This document shows positions 55,228-64,000 of a DNA stretch of 64,000 nt, in pieces (the first letter of the stretch is position 1; each line of letters begins with the position of its first letter). The position numbers and the translations under genes are program-made. The stretch is taken from NCBI GenBank assembly GCA_035430005.1, contig DAOMFV010000001.1, positions 25,619-89,618 of the forward strand, read 5' to 3'. Source of the stretch: Gemmatales bacterium. Lineage in GTDB: Bacteria; Planctomycetota; Planctomycetia; Gemmatales; HRBIN36. Under the pieces are notes generated by a model. The model saw nothing but the letters and a program-made list of their open reading frames with translations, made no database searches and was not told where the DNA came from.

Positions 55228-56334
55228 CTATCGCCCTGGTATCTGCATCGGCAAAGGCAACTTTAGCAGCAGGCTGAAGGGTCCGCTTTGTTGACTTTCA
55301 GCAAAGTCTTTCAGAATCATCCAGGCTTGTTCCATTTTGGGATCGTACCGGCTGTCGAAGGCGCCAACGGTCACCAGGCTGTATTGCCGGGTATGAAATA
55401 CGTAGGCATCGTAACCTTTGCCGCCATCACGTAAGAGGTCAGCCACTTGTCGGGCAGTCTCGGCGGCGGCTTCGAGACCCTTGCCCAGGTTCTGGGCAGG
55501 TGACACCGCTCCGGTCTGCACGACACTGTTATTCATGCTCGATTGTACATCAGTAGGAGGTGCAAACTTGGCGACCACCAGTGTCCATGGTTTGGCACAC
55601 GTGAAGATTGAGTATTTCTCTTTCTCATTGAGCCCTGGCCACGACGAGTCCATCGCCACTGGTGCCTGCTGTTGGACGACCGTAGGAACCTTTGACTTGG
55701 CTTGTAACGGATTGCGCACGACGAACGCCTGCCGAAAAGGATTGCCCTGTGTTTCGGCAAGCCTTTTGCCTTCTTCGGTCTTGACGGTTGATCGCATTCG
55801 GAAGAGCCCGCCCACTTCACTACTTTGCGGATCAGAGGTAGCTTTGGCAGTTGGCTCCTTATAAAGGTGTACACCGTAAGAGGGGATGCTGGCTGGCGGT
55901 GGAAACGCCTTGATGACCTCAGCCTGCTCACGGGCCTTGTCCATATCAGGATAGTTGCCGACGAAGACCGAATATTCCTTCACGATGCGCACGGTTTTGA
56001 ACTTCTGTCGTTCGTTACTCTCGTACACCTTGTCGGAGCCGACGAACTGCATCTGATACTGCTTGAGTTGTTCGCGATCGCGCTTGGCGTCTTCCTCGTT
56101 CATCGAATAAATAAAGGTGAGCAGACGATGCTTGGTACGGACTTCCTCAGCCAGCCGATGAGCGAACTCCAGGGACTGATCGCCCCGGAAGCTGGCAACG
56201 TGGATGAGCCAGGGACCTTCCCGAGGGGTGAGCGGGTATTTCACCGCCGGTTCCTCAGCCGTGGGCGTTTGCGCCAACAGAATTACGGAAGCGATCGGTA
56301 CCCAGATGATTGCCAGGATAATTCGCAGTGACAT
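55228..56334 (-). CDS. Secreted protein with two SPOR-like segments (tentative)
   Basis: Has a signal peptide (MSLRIILAIIWVPIASVILLAQ). WLIHVASF...YSVFVGNYPDMDKAREQA and WTLVVAKF...YSLVTVGAFDSRYDPKMEQA resemble the SPOR pattern. Confidence 0.4.
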   Translation of the reverse strand: MSLRIILAIIWVPIASVILLAQTPTAEEPAVKYPLTPREGPWLIHVASFRGDQSLEFAHRLAEEVRTKHRLLTFIYSMNEEDAKRDREQLKQYQMQFVGSDKVYESNERQKFKTVRIVKEYSVFVGNYPDMDKAREQAEVIKAFPPPASIPSYGVHLYKEPTAKATSDPQSSEVGGLFRMRSTVKTEEGKRLAETQGNPFRQAFVVRNPLQAKSKVPTVVQQQAPVAMDSSWPGLNEKEKYSIFTCAKPWTLVVAKFAPPTDVQSSMNNSVVQTGAVSPAQNLGKGLEAAAETARQVADLLRDGGKGYDAYVFHTRQYSLVTVGAFDSRYDPKMEQAWMILKDFAESQQSGPFSLLLKLPLPMQIPGR

Positions 56335-56555
56335 CGAGCCTTCCTCCCTGAAGGACGTGTGCAGTTCGTCCTTGAACCGCACTCATGCTTTCAGCGCAGA
56401 GTATCCTCTACCCGTTTCCCACAGGTTTCCTCTATACCTCATTGGCAGAATACGTCTAGCCCGACTGGGCTGCACTTGGGACGGCGAGGCTTCTGCCGAG
56501 CTTCAATCAATCGCAAAAAACAGATCGGCAAGAACCTCGCCCTCTCGATGGACTG

Positions 56556-58184
56556 CTATTCGCTTCGATACACCAGTTCACACAGTTTACCCAGATCTCG
56601 CCCGGCCTGAGAGGTTCCGTCCTCACCCACCGGCACATTATTGACAAAGAAGGCGAAGGTGACCTGCCTGCCCGAAGCCGTCTCCCCATACCCCGAAAGA
56701 GCCTTGCTGGTCATGAGGTCGTTGCTTGTTAGGCCATTGTTCCAGGTTAACGTGCCGGTCTTGGCTTGGAACTTTCCTTTGGCGGGGCTGTCCGCATTGA
56801 CCGCCCCGGCTGGGGTGCCATCCACACCAACGATAGGGAGAGCATGCCGATAGGCAGCACCATCGGGCCGCTTCGCCATTGCCTGCAGCAGTGCGACCGT
56901 TGCTTTGGGGCTGGCATAGTCTGAACGAGAACCCCCTGCTCCACCTCCAAAGGAAACCCCCTCCATCGGCACGCCGAGCTTCTTGAGCGATGCACCCTGG
57001 TGCTTGAGCCCCTGCACCAGCGACTTCTGATGATGGTGGGCAGCAACGATCAACGGCAACGTGCTGGCATGCAGATTATGGCTGACCTTGAGAATCAGCC
57101 TGGCATGCTCAGAGAGCGGCGCGGAAACGAGTTCCGTCACCATCGGTAACTGACCGACTGCTTCGGAAGTCGGCAACGACTCCATCGACTGCGAACCGAG
57201 CGTGGAGGCCTTCACCTTCACCCCGGCCCGCTCCAGCGCATCGATCAGCAGGCTGCGAGCATGGCTGGCAGCATCATCAACTTCTCGCACCCGCACCAGT
57301 GGCGTATGGTTGGCCGGCATCTCGCCACGCACCACATACCGCCCTGGACTTGGGCTGCTGATCGTGATGCTGGGTTTGTTCTTTCTCCACGGTGTGCCCT
57401 CGTTTCTTCCCATCACCAGCTGGTTTTCGCTGATGGTCTCTACCTGGGCATCCACCTGGATGGCGCTCCCCTGGGGACGATGCACCACTTTGGCCAGCTT
57501 GCCCTTCTCAGCATGGGGAGTAATTACAAAGTCAATGACATTATCATTGATGATGATCGGCGTCAGTTTCCCCGGTCCACTGCCGCTCCCCTCTGCTTTC
57601 TCGAAGAGTCGATCATCAATGAGCACATCACCTTCGATGGATTTGACCTTTTCCGCAATCTGTTTGGCAATTTGGTTGAGGCCAGTCAGTGGATCAACAT
57701 CAGTGAGTTGCCCTTTGATGCCACCGTTGGCGTAGGTGTGATCGTTGTCTTTGAACGCAATGGTGCCATCGGGCAGGGTGCGTCCACCCATGGTGAGATC
57801 GCCACTGGCTAACAGGATGAGATTGCCTTTGAGTACCTTCGTCTCCTCATCCAGTTTTCCCGTGTGCAGCAGCCTGGTATGGAACCGGTAGTCAGCCCCC
57901 AGTTGATCAAACGCAGCAGCGACGCTGAAGAGCTTGGTGCAGGATGCCGGCGCGAAGAGCTTTTCACTCTGATGATCGAGCAGCACATCGCCCGATCTGG
58001 CATCGACGACGTAGAGCCCCCAGTGCGCGGTCTTATACTTCGGTTGATCGATCACCCCTTTGATCGTTTCAGAGAGCTTGGGTTTGCCCGTATCCTGTCC
58101 GCTTGCCGAAAGAACCAGGCAAAGACTAAGGGCGATAGCTGCTGCGCGAAATAGACTGAGCATGGTTATTCCCGGTATCAACAC
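56556..58184 (-). CDS. dacB: D-alanyl-D-alanine carboxypeptidase/endopeptidase (PBP4, S13 family)
   Basis: Contains SxxK (PASCTKLF), SGD/SxN-type context, KTG (AKTGTL) and a signal peptide. Confidence 0.85.
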   Translation of the reverse strand: MLIPGITMLSLFRAAAIALSLCLVLSASGQDTGKPKLSETIKGVIDQPKYKTAHWGLYVVDARSGDVLLDHQSEKLFAPASCTKLFSVAAAFDQLGADYRFHTRLLHTGKLDEETKVLKGNLILLASGDLTMGGRTLPDGTIAFKDNDHTYANGGIKGQLTDVDPLTGLNQIAKQIAEKVKSIEGDVLIDDRLFEKAEGSGSGPGKLTPIIINDNVIDFVITPHAEKGKLAKVVHRPQGSAIQVDAQVETISENQLVMGRNEGTPWRKNKPSITISSPSPGRYVVRGEMPANHTPLVRVREVDDAASHARSLLIDALERAGVKVKASTLGSQSMESLPTSEAVGQLPMVTELVSAPLSEHARLILKVSHNLHASTLPLIVAAHHHQKSLVQGLKHQGASLKKLGVPMEGVSFGGGAGGSRSDYASPKATVALLQAMAKRPDGAAYRHALPIVGVDGTPAGAVNADSPAKGKFQAKTGTLTWNNGLTSNDLMTSKALSGYGETASGRQVTFAFFVNNVPVGEDGTSQAGRDLGKLCELVYRSE

Positions 58185-58195
58185 TTGAAGGCATC

Positions 58196-58648
58196 ATGCT
58201 AAACGAACTCCACGTCGCTATCCAACAACTTTCTGGAAATAGCGATCTGCCTTTGCCTCAATATCAAACCGAACATGCGGCAGCGATGGACCTGCCCGCC
58301 GCTGTGAGGGAACCGATGATCATTCAGCCGGGACAGATCGTGCTGGTTCCCTGTGGTTTCAGCATGGCCATTCCGGTGGGATACGAAGCCCAGGTTCGCC
58401 CACGTTCAGGGCTTGCTATCAAGGCGGGCCTGACTGTCGTGAACGCTCCCGGAACAATTGATGCTGACTATCGGGGTGAAGTGAAAGTCGGTCTGATCAA
58501 TCTGGGTAAGGAAGCGGTCACCATTGAACGAGGCATGCGTATCGCTCAACTTCTCGTCGCCCCGGTCTCGCATGTCACCTGGCAGACCGTCGAAACGCTC
58601 CCCAAAACCTCTCGTGGTGCCGGCGGCTTCGGCCACACCGGTAAGTGA
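58196..58648 (+). CDS. dut: dUTP diphosphatase
   Basis: Contains AAAMDL, RPRSGLA, GTIDADYRGE and the C-terminal RGAGGFGHTG. Confidence 0.95.
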   Translation: MLNELHVAIQQLSGNSDLPLPQYQTEHAAAMDLPAAVREPMIIQPGQIVLVPCGFSMAIPVGYEAQVRPRSGLAIKAGLTVVNAPGTIDADYRGEVKVGLINLGKEAVTIERGMRIAQLLVAPVSHVTWQTVETLPKTSRGAGGFGHTGK

Positions 58649-58654
58649 TTTCCT

Positions 58655-58729
58655 ATACCAGCCCGCAGCGCTAGCAAGGGAGACACTGCAATCGCCTGGC
58701 ATTCCCTTGCTAGCGCTGCGGGCTGGTAT
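58655..58729. repeat. Long palindromic element, family member 2 (perfect 27-bp stem, 21-nt loop); likely bidirectional terminator
   Basis: ataccagcccgcagcgctagcaaggga (58655-58681) is the exact reverse complement of 58703-58729. It fills the gap between the convergent dut and marC-like genes. Confidence 0.75.
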
Positions 58730-59379
58730 CAACCTTTGGCCAGCATCGCCTTCACATAAGGCGAGAGCCCGCTGAAGAACAACTCGACGGCAATGGCCAT
58801 CACGATCAGCCCCATCAGCCGCAGCAATACCTTGTTCCCCGATTCGCCCAGGAACTTCAGAATGCTCTTGGCCCCGATAAGCATGATGAAGGTAATGGCC
58901 AGTGTCAAGACAATCACCAACGTGAGCAATCCCTGCTTCATCGTCGAATCGGCATCGGTCATGCGGATGATCACCGTGGTGATCGCTCCTGGGCCGCAGA
59001 TCATCGGAATGCCCAGCGGCGTGATTGCGATATCGTTGGCGTAGGTGACATCGCTCGGCCCATTATCATGCAGCGAACGGGTCAGTCTGGCTTGCAACAT
59101 CTCGTACCCGGTCACGAAGAAGATGACACCGCCGACGATCTGCAAACTGTTCGAGGAGATGTGAAACAGGCTGAAGATCGCCTGCCCGGCGAACTGAAAC
59201 AACAGCAGAATCAGTGTGGCAGTCAGCGTCGCTCGCCAAGCCACCCGTCGTACTTCGCGCGGACCGAGGCCTTCCGTGAGAGCGATAAAGACCGGGATAT
59301 TGCCTAGTGGATCGATCATTGTGAAGATCGAAACGAACGTCACCACCACAAACGACCAGTATTCAGACAAGTGCTGCAC
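58729..59379 (-). CDS. MarC/UPF0056-family membrane protein
   Basis: Contains FTMIDPLGNIPVFIALTEG and six predicted TM segments. Confidence 0.85.
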   Translation of the reverse strand: MQHLSEYWSFVVVTFVSIFTMIDPLGNIPVFIALTEGLGPREVRRVAWRATLTATLILLLFQFAGQAIFSLFHISSNSLQIVGGVIFFVTGYEMLQARLTRSLHDNGPSDVTYANDIAITPLGIPMICGPGAITTVIIRMTDADSTMKQGLLTLVIVLTLAITFIMLIGAKSILKFLGESGNKVLLRLMGLIVMAIAVELFFSGLSPYVKAMLAKG

Positions 59380-59519
59380 TCCTATCGCCGTTAAGGTCGT
59401 TATAGTTGCTCTGGCTTATGGTTGAAGTTACCGTTGGCCTGATTGTTTTTACTTTCCTTCGCCAAGGCTGGTGTAGATTTCATACGAAGGATGATTGTTT
59501 TCCACCTCGTTTCGTCAGG

Positions 59520-59930
59520 ATGACCATGATGTTGCGATCTCCAAGTCTACTCAGCGTCGCCTTCCTGCTGGCACTGCCCCTGGCCGGCTATGCCCAGGGC
59601 ATCGGCAGTGATGAAATCACACGTCAGGCCAATCGAGGCAATGTTGGCCCGTATGAAGGGGCCAGCTACTACGAACGGTATCACTACGGCAACATTCAGC
59701 CGCTCTATCTTACTTGGAACTCCCGCCAGTTCTACGAGATGGAATATCTCGACCGCCTCGACCGCCAGGAGAAGTTCGGCAGCCGCTGGCCTTCGGCCAA
59801 GTATGGCAGCGATTTTCAGATTGATCGAATCAATCGAGAGTTCAATCAACGGATGGAGAAGATTGATAACCCCACGAACGTAAGCGTCAGCGTTGGTGGT
59901 GGTGGCTTCTTCAGCCGATTCCGTCGATGA
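59520..59930 (+). CDS. Small secreted hypothetical protein
   Basis: Has a signal peptide (MTMMLRSPSLLSVAFLLALPLAGYAQG). No recognisable domain is present. Confidence 0.5.
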   Translation: MTMMLRSPSLLSVAFLLALPLAGYAQGIGSDEITRQANRGNVGPYEGASYYERYHYGNIQPLYLTWNSRQFYEMEYLDRLDRQEKFGSRWPSAKYGSDFQIDRINREFNQRMEKIDNPTNVSVSVGGGGFFSRFRR

Positions 59931-60047
59931 ACCTGAACCAGGCGGGCTTTCGGAGGTTTGCTCCTCCTCAACTTGACTTTACAACCCACTCCGGAAGCTC
60001 GCCGAACGTCAATCCACAGCCTGAATCGCTTGAGATGTTATCCATCT

Positions 60048-60995
60048 TCAGCGATTCAGGCTGATATGATTTTCGGAGCGCAGTTCTACGGCGTACTGTG
60101 CCAGCCGCATTTGCTCATAGGCATTGAGCCGGGTGATATGTGAGAGGAGCATTGCCTGAGCCAGTTCATGCTCGGCGTTGGCTTGCTGCTGCATCATCTG
60201 CCAGACAGACACGAGATAGAGCGAAGGCCGGGCATCGCAGGTCGAAAGCTTCTTGGCTTTGATTAACGCCAGTCGGGCTTTGCCCAGAAGCTCTTGAGCA
60301 CTGACAGTCTGGGAAGTCCTCGTTTCCTGGAACCGCATCTCAGCCAACAGAGCCAGGCCGATGCCACGATGGAGTTCTTCGCTGAAGCGATCCTTGTTCA
60401 TCGACGCGATATCAACAAGACGACTGTGGCCATGCAGGCGGCAATGCATGGGCAGTTGCGGATCGATTACTTCAGCGAGAGCAGCCTGGAATTGTTGCCG
60501 GGCTTCTTCAAACTGAGAGAGCTTGAAATAGAGTTCGCCCAGTTGCATGCGAACGAGCACCGCGTCGGGGAAGGCTTGCAGGTACCGTTGCAGAATAGTC
60601 GCTGCGCCGGTCAGATCATTCGCTTCGAGACAGGCAGTAGCTTTGAGCAGCAGCACGCGGGCCTGGGCCATCGTACGAGGTTCTGCTGATCCCGGCGCAG
60701 CCGACGTTGCTTTCGCTTCAGGTGAAGGGCTCACTGTCGGCTGCGCCATGCGGGTCGGAGTCGATGCCACTTTGCCTGGCCCGACGGGGGAAGGCACCGA
60801 CTCCGTGCTGGAACCATCTGGCTGCATCGCAACCAGGGCGGGAGGTTCCAGCATCACAAACGATGAAGCGGCCAAGCTCTGGCAACCGGCCAGCGCTATC
60901 CACGTCAATGGCGTGAAATAGAGGGCCTGCGTTGTCCAGGTGTAATGACGACGCTTCACACCTTTGCTATCGCCTAGGAAGGCTGGCGAAAACAA
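60048..60995 (-). CDS. TPR-repeat protein, probably lipoprotein/secreted
   Basis: TPR-like helical pairs are present (LEANDLTGAATILQRYLQAFPD, LGELYFKLSQFEEARQQFQAAL) with LAGC near the N-terminus. The start codon is uncertain. Confidence 0.6.
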   Translation of the reverse strand: MFSPAFLGDSKGVKRRHYTWTTQALYFTPLTWIALAGCQSLAASSFVMLEPPALVAMQPDGSSTESVPSPVGPGKVASTPTRMAQPTVSPSPEAKATSAAPGSAEPRTMAQARVLLLKATACLEANDLTGAATILQRYLQAFPDAVLVRMQLGELYFKLSQFEEARQQFQAALAEVIDPQLPMHCRLHGHSRLVDIASMNKDRFSEELHRGIGLALLAEMRFQETRTSQTVSAQELLGKARLALIKAKKLSTCDARPSLYLVSVWQMMQQQANAEHELAQAMLLSHITRLNAYEQMRLAQYAVELRSENHISLNR

Positions 60996-61070
60996 GAAGA
61001 AAGAAGATGACTAAAGAGAGTGGGCAAAAGTGATAATGACCATCAGCGAAATGACAATTTCCCAGATTCG

Positions 61071-62012
61071 CTATCTTCCCGATTGTGTTAAGACTTGGAG
61101 ATGAGCGGTAACGCACTCGGCCAGTCGATCGAAGTGATAGCCACCTTCCAGACAACTCACGAGCCGTCCGTTACTGTAGGTTTGCGCCGCGTGAAGAAGG
61201 GTTTCTGTCAAGGTGGTGTAGTCTTCCACCTCTAACCCTAATGAGCCAATAGGGTCTTGAGCATGGGCATCGAAGCCGGCGCTGAGAAGGATGATATCTG
61301 GTTTGGATTGCTCGACTGCCTTCTCAAGTGATGATGAAAAGGCGGCGAGATAGTCTTGGCGGCTGATACCGAAGCGGAGCGGGACGTTGAGCGTGCTGCC
61401 TAGTCCGGCACCGGTGCCGGTTTCATTCGCCAGCCCTGTGCCCGGATAGAACGGCGAGCGATGTAGACTCAAAAAGAACACCTGCTCGTCGTCGTAAAAG
61501 GCATCCTGGGTGCCATTGCCATGATGTACATCCCAATCGACGATCAGCACTCGGCTGGCTCCACAGGCAAACGCATGTCGGGCAGCCAGGGCGATGTTGT
61601 TGAACAGGCAGAACCCCATGCTCTGGGAGGGCGTGGCATGATGGCCTGGAGGTCGCACCAGGCAGAACGCTTTCTGAGTGTCACCCTTCATGACCGATTG
61701 AACGGCGCTGCAACAGGCGCCCGCAGCGAGCAGGCCGACTTCATATGAGGCGGGACTGACGACTGTATCAGCTTCGATGCTGCCACCACCTACCTCGCTG
61801 GCATGCCTGACGATAGCTGCGACTTCAGCATCGTGTACTCTTGCCAGTTGTTCCATCGTCAGCGGTTCAAAGGCCGGCGTTTGACATTGAGCAGCAAGCT
61901 GTTGAAACGGCAGATGGTTAGTGACAGCGAGATAACGCTCAGGCCGTTCGGGATGCCCGTTGCCGGTGCGGTGTTCAATGAATCGAGGAGATTGGTAGAG
62001 CAGGGGCATCAT
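61071..62012 (-). CDS. Histone-deacetylase-family (arginase/deacetylase superfamily) protein
   Basis: Contains LVRPPGHHA, DWDVHHGNGTQ and AGFDAH, followed by EGGY. Confidence 0.9.
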   Translation of the reverse strand: MMPLLYQSPRFIEHRTGNGHPERPERYLAVTNHLPFQQLAAQCQTPAFEPLTMEQLARVHDAEVAAIVRHASEVGGGSIEADTVVSPASYEVGLLAAGACCSAVQSVMKGDTQKAFCLVRPPGHHATPSQSMGFCLFNNIALAARHAFACGASRVLIVDWDVHHGNGTQDAFYDDEQVFFLSLHRSPFYPGTGLANETGTGAGLGSTLNVPLRFGISRQDYLAAFSSSLEKAVEQSKPDIILLSAGFDAHAQDPIGSLGLEVEDYTTLTETLLHAAQTYSNGRLVSCLEGGYHFDRLAECVTAHLQVLTQSGR

Positions 62013-62137
62013 CTCATCTTAGGAGACTGTTGAACAAACAGTAAGCCGTGGCAGGGGTCAGATGTACTCATCTGCCCCTGGTGCATGTGCAAAATCCAAG
62101 TAGTTTCGCATGGGTCACGATGAGTACATCGTGACCC

Positions 62138-63145
62138 ATGCCACGCATGTCCAACAGCCTGTTAAGTTGTGTACCACCCAAGCCTCGCCTTCCTATGCTA
62201 ATAGCCATGTGGCATGCCTGGTTATATCTGGTCAAACTCTCCTTCTGGCGGCAAGGACGTTCGCTACAGACGCTGACCGCGCTGGTACTCATCTTTCTGC
62301 TGGCAGGTATCGTGATGGTGGTCTCGACATTCAATGCCAGCATCGGGCGCCCGGGCTGGAATGTCGGGAACTTTTCCCGTGAGCTGATCGTCGGAAATGA
62401 TAACCTGCCCGGCGTCTACTTCAACTTACTGGTGCCTCTCATCTGCCTCTGCTTCGGCACTCAGGCGCTGGGGGGCGAGTGGGAAGAACGAAACTTGGTC
62501 TGGACGCTGACACGTCCGTTATCCCGCCCCATGATTTACCTTGCCAAGTTCACAGCAGCCATACCCTGGACGCTGAGCTTTACGTTGGGAGGGTTTCTAC
62601 TGGCTGGATTCTCCGTAGGACCTCGTCACATTGACTTCGACTGGAACAGGTCGATCGCTGAGCGTTTGCCCGAAATGGGGCCGGCGGCCGGAACATTGCT
62701 GCTTCCTGAACTGCTCAAGCCCGAAACCACCCATCCACAGGTGATGTGGCCCGGAATCGAAGTTGTCCAGCAGCTTTGGCCCTGTGTTGCGCTCGGTAGT
62801 ATCGCTTATTTGTCTCTGTTCATGCTCTTCGGTGCGCTATTTCGTCGCTCCACCGTCCTGGGAATGGCGTATGCTTTCTTATTGGAAGGATTGATCGGCA
62901 CGATGCCGGGCCTGCTCAAGCGCATCAGTATTGCCTTCTACACCCGCTGTATGGCGTATGATTGGGCATCCTATCGAAGCTGGCAGACAGCCAGCGGTAT
63001 GCTGGGGATCGATCCTTCCCACAAGAGCTTTGTGATGCCTATTCCGGGGGCAGTGGCCATGTTTGTCCTTATCGGACTCACCCTTGTGCTGCTGGCTCTG
63101 GGAGCCTGGCGCTTCAGCCAGAAGGAATACCACGACCTGACGTAA
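62138..63145 (+). CDS. ABC-2-type permease-like polytopic membrane protein
   Basis: QALGGEWEERNLVWTLTRPLSRPMIYLAKF resembles the ABC-2 permease signature region. There are several TM helices and no ATPase gene adjacent. The start is uncertain (62138, 62195 or 62207). Confidence 0.45.
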   Translation: MPRMSNSLLSCVPPKPRLPMLIAMWHAWLYLVKLSFWRQGRSLQTLTALVLIFLLAGIVMVVSTFNASIGRPGWNVGNFSRELIVGNDNLPGVYFNLLVPLICLCFGTQALGGEWEERNLVWTLTRPLSRPMIYLAKFTAAIPWTLSFTLGGFLLAGFSVGPRHIDFDWNRSIAERLPEMGPAAGTLLLPELLKPETTHPQVMWPGIEVVQQLWPCVALGSIAYLSLFMLFGALFRRSTVLGMAYAFLLEGLIGTMPGLLKRISIAFYTRCMAYDWASYRSWQTASGMLGIDPSHKSFVMPIPGAVAMFVLIGLTLVLLALGAWRFSQKEYHDLT

Positions 63146-63162
63146 AGGCACAGAACCGACTC

Positions 63163-63885
63163 ATGCTCTCTCCCATGAATCTGACACAAGAACGAACCGG
63201 CAGCCACGATGCCCCCCGACATGGCGATCAGGGGGAGGCCGCTCGACAGGGCCTGTACCTGCCTTCGGCGATCACTATCGCCATCAGCCGGGAAACCGGC
63301 GCTCGGGGCGGCAGTATCGGCAAACGGGTCTCCAAGAAACTAGGGTGGTTCTACTACGATCAGGAATTGCTCAACTACCTCTCCCAGGGCAACCGTTTGG
63401 AGGATGAGGTTATTACCGGTTTGTCCCCCGAAGCTCGGGAATGGGTCGGCGAACATCTGGCTCAATTGAAACAGGAAAACAGAGTCTCCAAAGATGCTCA
63501 TGAACAGAGGGTCGCTCAACTCATCCTGGCCATCGCAGCCAAGGGCAGGGCGGTGGTGGTGGGCCGAGGGGCAGGGGCTTTACTGCCTGCCAACAGCGTG
63601 CTTCACGTCCGAATCCTGGCTCCTCTCGAAGATCGTGCCGCCTGGATCAGGCAAATCCAGCGATTGACCAGGGAGCAGGCCTATGAATATATCACCCGGC
63701 AGGACAAACAGCGAGCCGGCATGCTCGATGCCCATTTCAAAAAGTCAGCCAGAGATACTGATGTCTATGATCTGATGCTGAACTCCTCCCGGCTCGGAGA
63801 ACTGGGTTGCGCCTCGGTCATCGTTGAAGCAGCCAGGCAGAAGCAGAATAACGGCCAGTTCAGCGGCTCGGCGTGGTGGAACTAA
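63163..63885 (+). CDS. Cytidylate-kinase-like family (P-loop-like) protein
   Basis: AITIAISRETGARGGSIGKRVSKKLGWFYYDQELL and GRAVVVGRGAG fit the Cytidylate_kin2-type pattern. The ATG at 63163 avoids overlap with the upstream gene. Confidence 0.65.
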   Translation: MLSPMNLTQERTGSHDAPRHGDQGEAARQGLYLPSAITIAISRETGARGGSIGKRVSKKLGWFYYDQELLNYLSQGNRLEDEVITGLSPEAREWVGEHLAQLKQENRVSKDAHEQRVAQLILAIAAKGRAVVVGRGAGALLPANSVLHVRILAPLEDRAAWIRQIQRLTREQAYEYITRQDKQRAGMLDAHFKKSARDTDVYDLMLNSSRLGELGCASVIVEAARQKQNNGQFSGSAWWN

Positions 63886-63909
63886 GTTCTCATGAAGAAG
63901 TAATTGGGT

Positions 63910-63962
63910 GGTGGGTCAGACATTCTTGTCTGGCCGGCACAGACAAGAATGTCTGACCCACC
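63910..63962. repeat. Perfect 22-bp palindromic hairpin with 9-nt loop (terminator-like)
   Basis: ggtgggtcagacattcttgtct (63910-63931) is the exact reverse complement of 63941-63962. It lies 25 nt after the stop codon and is followed by a T-rich tract (cttttatttgc). Confidence 0.7.
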
Positions 63963-64000
63963 TAATGGCTTTTATTTGCTTATCTTGCAGGAACTCAGGG

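Noticed and set aside
1-64000. CRISPR arrays, rRNA genes, prophage structural modules and toxin-antitoxin pairs.
   Set aside because: No regularly spaced short direct repeats, no rRNA-like sequence and no capsid, terminase or tail-like ORFs were seen. The small ORFs present are either shadow frames or are assigned above.

Overview
This 64-kb chromosomal segment looks planctomycetal. That is an inference from gene content: a DUF1570 HExxH protein, a redoxin/CxxCH fusion, PQQ-type propeller proteins, an oversized TolC/HlyD/MacB efflux set, and a free-standing tRNA-Ile/tRNA-Ala pair. Both flanks (1-8810 and 37450-64000) carry ordinary housekeeping and envelope genes. These include an S41 peptidase, DAHP synthase, TrxB, an SDR, an acyl-CoA ligase, a MacAB-TolC-like operon, Tex, PBP4, Dut, MarC, DedA and an HDAC-like deacetylase. 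The centre (8843-37449) is the interesting part. An intact minus-strand tRNA-Ala(UGC) and a 44/45-identical direct copy of its 3' half bracket about 28.6 kb, which is the classic footprint of integration into a tRNA gene. The bracketed block encodes MgtA, a complete group 3b [NiFe]-hydrogenase with maturation protease and hypABFCDE, and PEP synthase. It also encodes a PAS hybrid kinase with an NtrC-type sigma-54 activator, and several stress units. The stress units are a GGQ-less eRF1-like protein, a DksA/TraR zinc finger, a BON-like protein, USPs, Hsp20, an amino-acid dehydrogenase, a redoxin and a CBS-pair protein. Four of these units are preceded by very similar GG-N10-GC sigma-54-type promoters at a constant distance from the start codon. 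An IS5 remnant and a low-GC Schlafen/AlbA_2-like gene sit at the tRNA-proximal end. I read the block as a candidate horizontally acquired, sigma-54-wired hypoxia/dormancy module whose gene content resembles the mycobacterial DosR regulon. No CRISPR array, rRNA or integrase was found. All function calls rest on motifs read by eye from the translations, not on database searches.
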